Assembly (NCBI GenBank): GCA_963708295.1
Contig: CAVPSJ010000019.1
Location: 1-64,000, forward strand
DNA length: 64,000 bases
DNA from: an uncultured delta proteobacterium
GTDB taxonomy: Bacteria; Desulfobacterota; BSN033; UBA1163
Direction of reading: 5' to 3'
This document shows, piece by piece, positions 21,767 to 32,006 of the stretch. The translations under genes were made by a program, and so were the position numbers. The notes under the pieces are model-generated. The model ran no database searches and had not been told where the DNA came from. It was given only the letters and a program-made list of their open reading frames with translations. The first letter of the stretch is position 1, and the number at the start of each line of letters is the position of its first letter.

Positions 21767-22411
21767 TTGCATTGGAGCTTTTTGGCGCTTCTCCTCATCC
21801 TGACGGGATACACAGCAGCCTGGGGTGCGGTGGGTTGTGATCTGAATGACCCTGACCGTGACGTGGCAAGGCTCTTCCCGGAATCCACAGGGTATAAGAC
21901 CCACTACGTCTCGATCGACCAGAAGGGCGGAGAGCCTCTCCTGGCGAAGATCGAAACGAGACTGGGGGACAAGTTCCACGGCATCTATGAGACGATTGAC
22001 GTTCCTTATACGATCTACGAAATATTCGCCAACAAGAAGAAGATCGGCTATATCCACGGCGTCAACCAGAAAGGCCAGTTCGGCGGCATCCAGGTCTTTG
22101 TGGTCCTCGACCTTGAGGGACGGATCAAGGGCTTCTATATACAGAAGATGACCAGCAAGTATGCCGGGAAATTGCGCGATGCGAATTTCGGCAAGCAGTT
22201 CATCGGCCTGACACTCAAGGATTTTGAGCTTTACGACGTTGTTTCGGGAAAGGCATCCGGGAAGGTCGATGCGATAAAGAATCCGGCCCCTGAGGCCGAG
22301 GCCGATTTCAGGGCCGCCCTCAGGGCCACGAAAAAGAACCTTATCCTTATGGATGAGTTTGTCTATTTGCCGCAGGCGGTATCATCGAATCCGGGAGGTC
22401 CTCAAAAATGA
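21767..22411 (+). CDS. Exported FMN_bind (RnfG-like) fold protein
   Basis: GYIHGVNQKGQFGGIQVFVVLDLEGRIKG..FGKQFIG; true start may be ATG 21708 with a frameshift. Confidence 0.6.
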   Translation: MHWSFLALLLILTGYTAAWGAVGCDLNDPDRDVARLFPESTGYKTHYVSIDQKGGEPLLAKIETRLGDKFHGIYETIDVPYTIYEIFANKKKIGYIHGVNQKGQFGGIQVFVVLDLEGRIKGFYIQKMTSKYAGKLRDANFGKQFIGLTLKDFELYDVVSGKASGKVDAIKNPAPEAEADFRAALRATKKNLILMDEFVYLPQAVSSNPGGPQK

Positions 22412-23603
22412 TCACCAAATTTCAAGTAGCCTATAAGAATCTGCTCCGGAAAAGGATCCGCAGCCTTCTGACCCTGGTCGGCATCGCCCTTTCCGCCTGG
22501 GTGCTGGTGAGCCTGCTCGGCTTCAACCAGGGCTATGAAACCGCGCTCAACAAGGACATCGACAACATGGGTTTTCAGCTGATGATCATGGCCAAAGGCT
22601 GTCCGTATGAGGCGGCCACCATGATGCTGAAGGGAGGGACAGGGCTCAAGTATATGAAGGAGTCCATCATGGAGGACATCGCTAAAGAGCCTGAAGTGGA
22701 GAAGACCACTCCGATGCTCATGTCGGCCGTCTTCGATCCGAACAAGGGCGAAAGCGGGGGGATCGCCGGATACTTCGGCGTGGAACCGAAGAGCTTCAGC
22801 CGAACTGAAGCCCTTTCTCAAATTCAGGCAGGGGGGCTGGTTTACCGATGAAAACGCCTATGAGGCGGTCATGGGCTATGAGGCGGCCGAACTTGAACAG
22901 CGTGAGGTAGGCGACATGATCCTCATGCCCGAGAAGAACGTCGAGTTCAAGGTGGTCGGCATTCTGGAGCAGGACAGGCACGCAGGATGACGGGACGATC
23001 TTTGTGCCCCTCAAGACCCTGCAGAAGATATTCGACAGGCCCGATGAAATCACCACCATCGGCATCAAATTGAAAAAGGGCGTCGACAGCACCCGCCTCG
23101 AGGAAAAGTTGTATAAGCTCCCGGATGTCCAGATCGTGAGCCTGGCACAGGTCAAAGATACGATCATGAAGCTTATTTCCACGGCCAAGGTCATGGTGCT
23201 CTCGATCGCCATCATCGCCATTCTGATCGCCATGGTCGGTGTCATCAATACGATCCTGATGTCGGTTCATGAACGGTTTCAGGAGATCGGCATTCTGAAG
23301 ACGATCGGGGCGATGCCGTGGGACATCTTCAAGCTGATCTGGATCGAGACCCTGATCCTCTGCGCCATCGGAGGCGTCCTCGGGGTCGTCCTGGCGCTGA
23401 TCCTCTCCAAGGTCACGGAAATTTTGATACGCTACGTGATGCCCTATGCCCCGAGCGGAGGGCTGGTCCTCATCGACCTGAAACTTATCCTTATCACAAT
23501 GGCTGCAGTCCTGTGTATCGGACTTCTCAGCGGACTCTATCCCGCCTGGAAGGCCGGAAGGATCAGGCCGCTGGAGGCGATCAGGAGCGAGGTGGCGAGA
23601 TGA
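22408..23603 (+). CDS. MacB/FtsX-family ABC permease; frameshifted
   Basis: KNLLRKRIRSLLTLVGIA, NTILMSVHERFQEIGILKTIGA, YPAWKAGRIRPLEAIR. Confidence 0.9.
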
Positions 23604-24344
23604 ATCAGAATGATATTTCGATAGAAGCAAACAACCTGACAAAGGTCTATTTCCGCGGAAGCGAGGAGATACCTGCGGTCAATGACGTTTCCCTGCGGAT
23701 CAACAAAGGGGACTTCATCTCCATCATCGGTCCCTCAGGGTCCGGTAAAACCACTCTGATCAATCTTCTGGGCTGTCTCGACAACCCGACTTCCGGGGAA
23801 CTTTACCTCGGAGGCCGATCGATCTTTAACCATGGCAAACGCCTTTCGGAACGGGAGCTGACAAAGATCAGGAGGGAGATCTTCGGATATATTTTCCAGA
23901 ATTTCTACCTCATCCCCACCCTGACCGTCATGGAGAACGTGATGCTGCCGCTCACCTTTTACCGCAAGCCCGACACGGAGAATGAGGCGGTCAGACTCTT
24001 GCAGCTCCTGGGGATGGAACACCGGAAAGACCATCTTCCCGGCCAGATCTCGGGCGGCGAGATGCAGAGGGTTGCCATCGCCAGGGCCATGGTGAATCAG
24101 GCCGGAAATACTCCTGGCCGATGAACCGACAGGAAACCTTGATACGAAAAGATCCGCAGAGATTGTGCAAGTCCTGAAGGAGCTCAACCGAAATGCAGGC
24201 CTGACAATCATCATGGTCACGCACAACCAGGAGTTGGCCCGGTGCGCAGACCGGATGTTCGAGATGAGAGACGGCAAGATTTGCCAGATTGCTTGCGAAC
24301 CGAAAGACGTTTACTGCAAGCATGCTTCAGCGGACTCGGCGTGA
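23600..24344 (+). CDS. LolD/MacB-type ABC ATPase; frameshift near 24100
   Basis: GPSGSGKT, ISGGEMQRVAIARA, then DEPTGNLD and MVTHN in the shifted frame; tail CQIACEPKDVYCKH. Confidence 0.9.
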
Positions 24345-24412
24345 ATAAGGGAAGTGAGTATGGCAAAGAGCTAAGCGTAAGATAGATCAATACATAAATC
24401 AGGAGGCGTGAG

Positions 24413-24948
24413 ATGAAAAAAGTGTATGTCGTGAATCTGGTAATTGCTGTTTGTTTTGTCTTCGGTGGATTGACGTTTGCTGACCAGACAAAGGATGACA
24501 TCTCCGTTCATAAGGGATGCAGATATTGCGGGATGGACAGAGGCACTTACAACTTCTCCCGGATGTTGATCGAGTATGATGATGGAACAACCGTTGCCTT
24601 CTGCAGCATCCATTGTGCTGCCGTAGATCTGGCAAACAACATCGACAAGACGCCGAAAGCGATCAAGGTCGGCGATTTTAACGGAAAGCAGCTTATCGAT
24701 GCGGAGAAGGCCTTCTGGGTGGTTGGAGGCAATAAGCCGGGGTGATGTCCAAGAGAGGAAAATGGGCCTTCGAAAAAAAGGAGGATGCGGAGAACTTCAT
24801 GAAGACGAACCAGGGGAAGATCGTTTCCTTCGAAGAAGCGATGAAGATGGCCTATGAAGATATGTACGAAGACACAAAAGCGATCAGGGAGAGAAGGAAG
24901 ATGAAGCGAATGAAGATGATGGAGCAGAAGCCTGACGCCGGTCACTGA
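24413..24948 (+). CDS. NosL-family copper-binding protein; frameshift in G-run near 24740
   Basis: CRYCGM, FCSIHC, IDAEKAFWVVGG, AFEKKEDAENF. Confidence 0.85.
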
Positions 24949-24969
24949 ACAGCCGAGGAGAGAGGTCTT

Positions 24970-25447
24970 ATGAGAAAGGGAATGTCTTTTTTAATCATTT
25001 TTTTTCTTGTTGCCGTTTCATTTGCAGCGGGACCTGAGGAGCCCAACTCCTCCCCAAAAGGATAAATGCCCTGTTTGCGGGATGTTCGTTTCGATGTTTG
25101 CCGACTGGAATGCCAGGATTGAGTTTAAAGACTCTACGTATGCAACTTTTGACGGAGCCAAGTGCATGTTTAAGTATTACTTGAATATAAAGAAATATCA
25201 TCCGTCAAAAAACAAAAACGATGTGACTGCAATTTCCGTGAAGGACTACTATTCTAAGACATCTATCGATGCTCTACAGGCATTTTTTGTCATTTGGAGC
25301 GATGTTTACGGACCCATGGGTCATGAACCCATTCCTTTTGAAAAAGAAGCCGATGCAAAGAAGTTCCTGAAAGAGCATAAAGGCAAGAAAATTCTGAGAT
25401 TCAAGGATATCAACTCGAATCTCATCAAGTCACTCGACAACCCGTAA
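24970..25447 (+). CDS. NosL-family copper-binding protein; frameshift after signal peptide
   Basis: DKCPVCGMFV, FDGAKCMF, SDVYGPMGHEPIPF, AKKFLKEHKG. Confidence 0.87.
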
Positions 25448-25554
25448 TGTTGCTAAATGCTATAGGGTTGTATTTTTCTTCTCGAAAAACTTGAACAAGT
25501 TATGATTATACAGACTTTAGATTGCAAAGTGGACCTTGTCCGACGAAACAGAAA

Positions 25555-25633
25555 ATGAAGCTGAAAAGCTTACAGAATGTTGTTATCCAATGCGTAAGTG
25601 TCCTCGGTTGGTTGCTTACCCTGAAGAGGTTTC
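25555..25633 (+). pseudogene. 5' stub of a uracil-DNA glycosylase (UdgB-like) gene
   Basis: Encodes KCPRLVAYPEEVS versus KCPRLVAYLKEVS in the intact gene at 32872. Confidence 0.7.
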
Positions 25634-25839
25634 TTCGTGTTTCCCGTACAAATACATAGTTTTCCCTCTCCGGAAATAGGTAGAACTACGGATTGATTCT
25701 CTTACCCTTATTTGATGAAATTAACTCTATGCATGGAGTTTTTTTGTCTCGTGGAGTGGACCCACCAAACGCATCAAGGGTTGAATTGATGATGCACTTA
25801 CCCTTTTCCCGAAGATATCGTTTTCGGAAGATACCCCCC

Positions 25840-26229
25840 GTGAAAAATTTTTTTGTATTCACGTTAATCCTATTTTTGGTATCGGGTGCAGCCTACGGCA
25901 AAGGATATGAAGCGAGGAAAAAACTGGGCGCTTATGAAGCCGGGTTAACCATTGTTCGAAATCCGCCTGTTTTGGGAGAAAACGACATCGAAATAGAAAT
26001 AAGAGGCGCCGAAGGCGGACTCGTTACTGGCGCAAAGGTATTGGTAAATTATTACATGCCGCCCATGCCAAGAATGGCACCGATGAATTACATAACGGGC
26101 GCGAAGCTGAAGGGAGAGAGATACAAGGCAACATTGAATTTCATCATGTCGGGCCCCTGGATCATAGCGGTAAAAATAGATGTTGGAGGAAAGGTATCCA
26201 CGGCAAAATTCAACGTGAATTTACAGTAG
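25840..26229 (+). CDS. Secreted FixH/YtkA-like protein
   Basis: Signal peptide from GTG 25840; NPPVLGEN, YYMPPMPRMAPMNY, FIMSGPW. Confidence 0.78.
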   Translation: MKNFFVFTLILFLVSGAAYGKGYEARKKLGAYEAGLTIVRNPPVLGENDIEIEIRGAEGGLVTGAKVLVNYYMPPMPRMAPMNYITGAKLKGERYKATLNFIMSGPWIIAVKIDVGGKVSTAKFNVNLQ

Positions 26230-26351
26230 GAAGATGTTTGAGGAGGGGGGGGTGAAGACATTAAAAAATTGTATTTCGTGAGACCCAAGGACGACGGACT
26301 GTCCGAGGGGTGCATATTTCATGACCATCCAATAAGGAAGGAGGCAATCTG

Positions 26352-28514
26352 ATGAAAGTTACCAGAAGAGATTTTTTGAAGGGAGCTATAGCGACAGGCA
26401 TTGGGCTTGCTTTGCCGTTGAAATTCGGCGTCGGCAGCGCCCATGCCGCGGCCAATAGCACTCAATTGACAAAGTGGGCCCAGCCGATCCGTGGCCTTGG
26501 ACCGACCGGCATTCCTGTTTTGAGTAGTCTGCCGGACCCGTCTTTCGCCGGGGCCAGACTTTACCAGGTCACAGTAGGCGAATTTACCGACCAGCTCCAT
26601 CCAGCCCTCGGCCCGACAAAGCTCTTGGGATATTGGGACACCACCAATCCGATCAAGAGACACCTGGGTGGAATAATCATTACCAACAGGAATGTGCCGG
26701 CAAGAATTCGTTTTACGAACACTCTTCCCAGGAGACATATCATCCCTGTGGACACCACAGTCCCCGGGGCGAACCAGGCCCAAAATCGGACCGCCACCCA
26801 TCTCCATGGTGGGCTTGTTCCATGGATCAGCGATGGCGGACCTTTTGACTGGTGGACCCCAGGGGGTACGGGCTATGCGACCGGCATGAGCTTCCTGAAC
26901 GGGCCGGGAGGAGTCTTTGACAATATCGGTGGTCAGCCTATGGTTCAAGGACAGGCCGACTACTACTATCCGAACAACCAGGGCACCCGGTTGGTCTGGT
27001 ACCACGACCATGCCCATGGCATCACAAGAATCAATGCCTACGCGGGCATCGCGAGCGGCTATCTCATCCTCGACACCGCACAGGAAGCTGCGCTCGCGGC
27101 CAAGATTCCATCCATCAATAGTACGGTACCGCTTGTCTTCCAGGACAAAGTCTTCGTCGACCCTGCGACGATTGGAACAACGGACCCGACCTGGGCCACG
27201 GTTGCACGTCCGGATGTTCAGAGTCTTGGAAGTTTGTGGTATGCGCATTTCTACGATCCTTTGGTCTTCAGGCGTCTTACCTCACCCACCAAGTATTTGA
27301 CCCCTCCGAACCCCTCAGCCGTTGCTGAGTTCTTTGGCGACACGATGCTCTGTAACGGCACGGTCTATCCGGTTCTCACTGTGGAACCGAAGCCCTACCG
27401 GTTCCTCATCCTGAATGCCTGCAACGCCCGTTTCCTCAATATCAACCTGTTCCAGGCGAATGCTGCAAATCCGGACGGGATCGACCTCAATCCGACGAGC
27501 CTCTTCCCGACGAATGCTGCGGGTCCCAACATGATCCAGATCGGCACCGAAGGAGGCTACCTGGTGAGCGAAGTAACGCACGTCTCACCCGTCCAGTTTA
27601 ATCCTGCCACCCTTGCAGGTAATCTCCTCCTTGGCAATGCCGAGAGAGCGGACATCATTGTTGACTTTACAGGAAAAGCAGATGGCACTGAGTTCATTAT
27701 GTATAACGATGCTCCCGGGCCTTTCCCCGGAGGGGGTCCGGAAACGGACTACTTCCTCGGCAATCCATTGAATCCTGTCCAGCCTTCACCCGGCACAGGG
27801 CCTGACACCAGGCAGATCCTGAAGATCAGGGTACAGGGGCCTGTCACGACACCTGAACCTCAACCGGTGTCTCCGATCCTCAACCCCACCTTCATGGACC
27901 CTGCTCCGATTGCGCCGATCACCACTACGGTTGCTCCGATCCCGCCGCTCGTTGCTCCTAATGGCACCCCGGTCAGGAATCTCACCCTTAACGAGGATTT
28001 TGATCAGTACGGCCGGCTGAGACAGTTGCTCGGGACCATTACGCCCGGGCTTGTCACAAAAGGCTTCGGTCTCGATTACCTGGCTTCTCCAACAGAGGTT
28101 GTCAATGACGGTACAACCGAGGTCTGGCGGATCTTCAACCTCACCGCGGATACCCACCCCATCCACTTCCATCTTGTCAACGTCCAGGTTATGTCAAGGC
28201 AGCCGTTCCAGGTCATCGCGGGACGCTTTACACCCACCGGTGTGGCACGCGGACCGGAGCCAGACGAGCTGGGATGGAAGGAAACAGTGAAAATGCACCC
28301 GGCGGAAGTCATCTCGGTCATCATGCAGTTCCAATTACCTACAGCGATGCCCTTCACGGTGCCGAGCAGCCCGCGCGCGACAGCAGCAGGCGGATTCGGC
28401 ATGGGACTTGGTCCTGCTCCGGGAGGGAAGGCTTACCATGAATACGTATGGCACTGCCACATCCTCGAGCACGAGGAACACGACATGATGCGGCCGCTGG
28501 TGGTTATAGGCTAA
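26352..28514 (+). CDS. Tat-exported multicopper oxidase (CotA-like)
   Basis: TRRDFLK; HLHGG, WYHDH, HPIHFHL, WHCHILEHEEHDMM. Confidence 0.95.
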   Translation: MKVTRRDFLKGAIATGIGLALPLKFGVGSAHAAANSTQLTKWAQPIRGLGPTGIPVLSSLPDPSFAGARLYQVTVGEFTDQLHPALGPTKLLGYWDTTNPIKRHLGGIIITNRNVPARIRFTNTLPRRHIIPVDTTVPGANQAQNRTATHLHGGLVPWISDGGPFDWWTPGGTGYATGMSFLNGPGGVFDNIGGQPMVQGQADYYYPNNQGTRLVWYHDHAHGITRINAYAGIASGYLILDTAQEAALAAKIPSINSTVPLVFQDKVFVDPATIGTTDPTWATVARPDVQSLGSLWYAHFYDPLVFRRLTSPTKYLTPPNPSAVAEFFGDTMLCNGTVYPVLTVEPKPYRFLILNACNARFLNINLFQANAANPDGIDLNPTSLFPTNAAGPNMIQIGTEGGYLVSEVTHVSPVQFNPATLAGNLLLGNAERADIIVDFTGKADGTEFIMYNDAPGPFPGGGPETDYFLGNPLNPVQPSPGTGPDTRQILKIRVQGPVTTPEPQPVSPILNPTFMDPAPIAPITTTVAPIPPLVAPNGTPVRNLTLNEDFDQYGRLRQLLGTITPGLVTKGFGLDYLASPTEVVNDGTTEVWRIFNLTADTHPIHFHLVNVQVMSRQPFQVIAGRFTPTGVARGPEPDELGWKETVKMHPAEVISVIMQFQLPTAMPFTVPSSPRATAAGGFGMGLGPAPGGKAYHEYVWHCHILEHEEHDMMRPLVVIG

Positions 28515-28592
28515 GGTGCTCATTGCTCTCCAAAAGGCCCTGCCGTTTTAGGACGGGGCCCGGATGAAAAAGGAACCGATAAGGAGGTAACT

Positions 28593-29995
28593 ATGAAACG
28601 ACTCTCAACATTACGAATATGTCTCTTGGTCGCGCTGCCGATCCTATTTCTCGGATATTGGTCGGTCGTGGCCGAAGCTTTTCCGATCAAATATACATTT
28701 ACAGGGACGAGTGCTTTCGGTGACATCAATGGTGTCGCCTTTGACGATGTTTATTTCAAAGTTTCCATTTCAGGCGACACCATCAATGTCGATACGACCA
28801 CGGATCCCACGACCCCTACCATTACCAACCTGAGCGGGACCATCACGATACAGGGTCCTGGTCTCAACGTTGTCGGAAGGTTCATTGATCCGATCAAGGT
28901 TTTTGTAAACCATACGGATCAGGCGGTCGGTTTCGGCGACGCGACCCTGGATCTCGACCTGATTGACCTTTTTGTGCCCGGAGTGGGGTTGAATACCTAT
29001 AATCTCAACGCAATCCAGGGCCCAATAACGGCGGGGGAGTTTACCTTCGGCTCAACCCTCTTTTTTAACCAATTTGGCGGAGTGGCCTTAGATATCGGAC
29101 TGCTCACTTTCGATGATATAGGTGAGGTTACATTTGAAGCAGTCCCGAAACCGCCGTTCTTGGTCGATTTTGACGGAGATTCAAAGAGCGATGTCTCGGT
29201 CTGGAGACCCGCAGATGGCGTACTGGTATATCATCAATTCGTCTTCGGATGGAAGTTTTACAGTGAACCAATGGGGTTCGGGATCGATGACTGATGTGCC
29301 GGTTCCGGGAGACTACGACGGAGATGGTAAAACAGACATCGCGGTCTGGCGACCTGGAGATGGGATCTGGTATATTCATCGGTCCTCGACGGGGCTTTCC
29401 AGTGAACCAATGGGGTTAGGGATCGTTGACTGATGTGCCAGTTCCGGGAGACTACGACGGAGATGGTAAAACAGACATCGCAGTCTGGCGACCGGCAGAT
29501 GGGTTCTGGTATATTCTTCAATCCTCTACCGGGCTCAACTTTTACGCAATGGGGAACGAGCTAGGTGATGTGCCGGTCCCCGGAGACTATGATGGAGATG
29601 GAATAATGGATATTGCTGTCTGGCGGCCGTCAACAGGCTCCTGGTATATCAAAAGCTCCTTTTATGGAATCGACCTGTACGCCTTATCGGGGACGACAGG
29701 GGATACACCCGTCCCTGCGGATTACGATGGAGATGGACTTACAGATATCGCTGTCTGGCAATCCGGCAACCGGTACTTGGGTTATCACTCGGTCCCTGGA
29801 CGGAGTCACAACACAGACGCAATGGGGATCACCAGGTGATGTGCCAGTCCCCGGAGACTACGACGGAGATGGCAAAATCGACTTAGCGGTCTGGCGACCC
29901 GCCGATGGCGATCTGGTATATTCTAAACTCCTCTACCGGACCTTCCCACCGTTACGCAATGGGGAACACTGAATGATATACCGTTAAGTCAGTAG
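28593..29995 (+). CDS. Secreted protein: PEP-CTERM-protein-like beta domain plus FG-GAP repeats; frameshifted
   Basis: Signal peptide; [14 protein letters not shown] then six DxDGD..AVWRP repeats over several frames; ends NDIPLSQ stop 29995. Confidence 0.75.
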
Positions 29996-30016
29996 AAGAA
30001 AGTTCTGATTCAACGG

Positions 30017-30047
30017 GAAAGGCAGGGCCAGCCTGGCCCTGCCTTTC
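30017..30047 (+). terminator. Intrinsic terminator
   Basis: GAAAGGCAGGGCCA-GCC-TGGCCCTGCCTTTC perfect 14-bp stem. Confidence 0.7.
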
Positions 30048-30422
30048 GCATCGTGGGCGCTCCGGGCTGCTCGATGAAATCAGGAGACACTCCCTGTTTT
30101 CCGAGCGTTCAGGCAAGAATACAGCGTCGGCATAAAAAAATACATGATCCTCTCCCGGAAAATACATCCTTTACCTCATTTCCTTTCAACGGCTTGAATG
30201 ATTCAATGCTTATAAAATAACCTCAAATAACTCCTCGCCCCCGGCAGGGGGGGGAGGATCGAGGAGAGGGGGGGCCGGCAGTTCCGCCCTCCCCCTTTCT
30301 CCTGCCCTTCCGCGGAAGAGTGGGAATCTATTTTGTGTTTTGTGGAAGAGAGCCGGCTTGGATAAGATAACGCGGGAAGCGTCTACTCGATCTCTTGAGT
30401 GAATACAGCAAGAATGACTGCC

Positions 30423-31820
30423 ATGAAAAGAGTCACCTACCTTGTTCTTCTTCTTGCAGTGGCCTTCGGATCATTCCTGGGAGGCAGCCTATTTAACCGA
30501 CGGGAAGGAGATAAGAATACAACCGTCCACCCATCCGTTGAGGGAAAGAGCGCCTACACCCGGGAACCTCAGGAGGATTCTGCCATGCCTCCGGGAACGG
30601 TCAGGATTAATGCGGAAAAGCAACAGGTGGTCGGGATAAGAGTCGGCCAGGTCAAGAAACAACCTGTGACCCACACGCTCCGGCTTCTGGGAAGGGTTGC
30701 TCCAGACGAGACCCGAACCTATTTTATCAATGCGACTGTCGACGGTTGGATCACAGAGGCCCTCTCCAACACCACAGGAAGCTTTGTCAGGAAGGATGAG
30801 ACCCTTGCCACTTTCTATAGCCCCGAGTTTTTGTCGGCAGCCCAGGCCCTTCTTTTTGCCCTCAGTTCGAAGGACCGGGTCCAAACCACGGGCGAGGAGA
30901 ATCCTGCCCAGAAATCCCAGATCGCCCAGTTCGAGATCAATCTCAAACAATACAGAGATTCTCTCAGGAACCTTGGCATGGGGAATCTCCAGATCGAGGA
31001 AATGATCAGGAGACGCAAGTATATTGAAAACGTCGATATCGTCTCTCCCGCCGACGGTTTCATTCTTTCACGCAATATCTCACAGGGCCTCCGTTTTGAT
31101 AAAGGAAGGGAACTTTACAGAATCGCCGACCTCAGCCGCGTCTGGATTCTGGCAGATGTTTTCGAATATGAGGCTCAGTTTTTCAAGGCGGGGGCGATGG
31201 CGCGGGTCTTCTTGCCGTATCAAAAGAGAACCTGCGCTGCCACCGTGAGCAAGGTTCCTCCCACGTTTGACGCTGCAACACGCACCCTGAAAGTGCGTCT
31301 TGAGATGACCAATCCCGATTTCACCCTGAGGCCCGACATGTTTGTGGATGTGGAACTGGCGGTTCAGTTGCCTCCGACCCTAACCGTTCCAGCCGACGCC
31401 GTTCTCGATTCGGGTATGAGGAAGACGGTCTTTGTCGATAGGGGCAACGGGTTCTTCGAACCGAGGAAGGTGGAGATAGGGTGGCGGTTGGGTAACCGGA
31501 TTGAGATCATCAAAGGGTTGACACCGGGGGAGCGGATTGTCACCTCCGGAAACTTCCTGATCGACTCGGAAAGTCGGCTGCAGGCGGTAGCCCAAGGAAT
31601 TTACGGAGAATCGAGTACGGATCCAGTCTGTGGCATGGAAGTGGACGAATTTAAGTCTCGGGCAACGGGAAAGACGAGCCTATTCCGAGGGAAAACATAC
31701 GCATTCTGCAGCAGAGAATGCAAAGAGCAATTTGATAAAAATCCCGGTCAATTCGAACAAGAAGTTTCCACAAAACGGTCTTCGTCAAGCCGCACAAACC
31801 CCCCCGGGCGGTCCCCATGA
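30423..31820 (+). CDS. CusB-like RND periplasmic adaptor with C-terminal YHS domain
   Basis: YSPEFLSAA, IADLSRVWILADVFE, LRPDMF, SGNFLIDSES, DPVCGMEV..AFCSRECK. Confidence 0.92.
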   Translation: MKRVTYLVLLLAVAFGSFLGGSLFNRREGDKNTTVHPSVEGKSAYTREPQEDSAMPPGTVRINAEKQQVVGIRVGQVKKQPVTHTLRLLGRVAPDETRTYFINATVDGWITEALSNTTGSFVRKDETLATFYSPEFLSAAQALLFALSSKDRVQTTGEENPAQKSQIAQFEINLKQYRDSLRNLGMGNLQIEEMIRRRKYIENVDIVSPADGFILSRNISQGLRFDKGRELYRIADLSRVWILADVFEYEAQFFKAGAMARVFLPYQKRTCAATVSKVPPTFDAATRTLKVRLEMTNPDFTLRPDMFVDVELAVQLPPTLTVPADAVLDSGMRKTVFVDRGNGFFEPRKVEIGWRLGNRIEIIKGLTPGERIVTSGNFLIDSESRLQAVAQGIYGESSTDPVCGMEVDEFKSRATGKTSLFRGKTYAFCSRECKEQFDKNPGQFEQEVSTKRSSSSRTNPPGRSP

Positions 31821-31908
31821 TGAATTATTTTATCGACTTTTCCGTGAGAAACAGGCTCATGCTCTTTATCCTCGTTGCTTGGCTGCCATTGCGCTCATCG
31901 GCAATTGA
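31817..31908 (+). pseudogene. 5' stub of a CusA/CzcA heavy-metal RND pump
   Basis: ATGA overlap with adaptor stop; MMNYFIDFSVRNRLMLFILVA resembles CusA N-termini; ends within ~30 codons. Confidence 0.65.
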
Positions 31909-32006
31909 ACTTTTTGTTCCAAGGATACCTGCCTGTGACGCATTGAAAAGGCGGTTGAAGGGGGCCTCCCAATTTACTGCCCATTGAGCTCTCAAGGAGG
32001 AAACAA

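Noticed and set aside
24735-24750. TGA inside the first NosL gene as possible selenocysteine
   Set aside because: The protein continues in a different frame (KPG/VMSKRG) after a G-run, so this is an indel, not in-frame readthrough.
24413-25447. nos (N2O reductase) gene cluster
   Set aside because: No nosZ, nosD, nosF/Y or nosR in the window.
30232-30330. G/C-run hairpins as regulatory RNA (also 40765-40816)
   Set aside because: They look like degenerate REP-type palindromes and lack any recognisable RNA motif.
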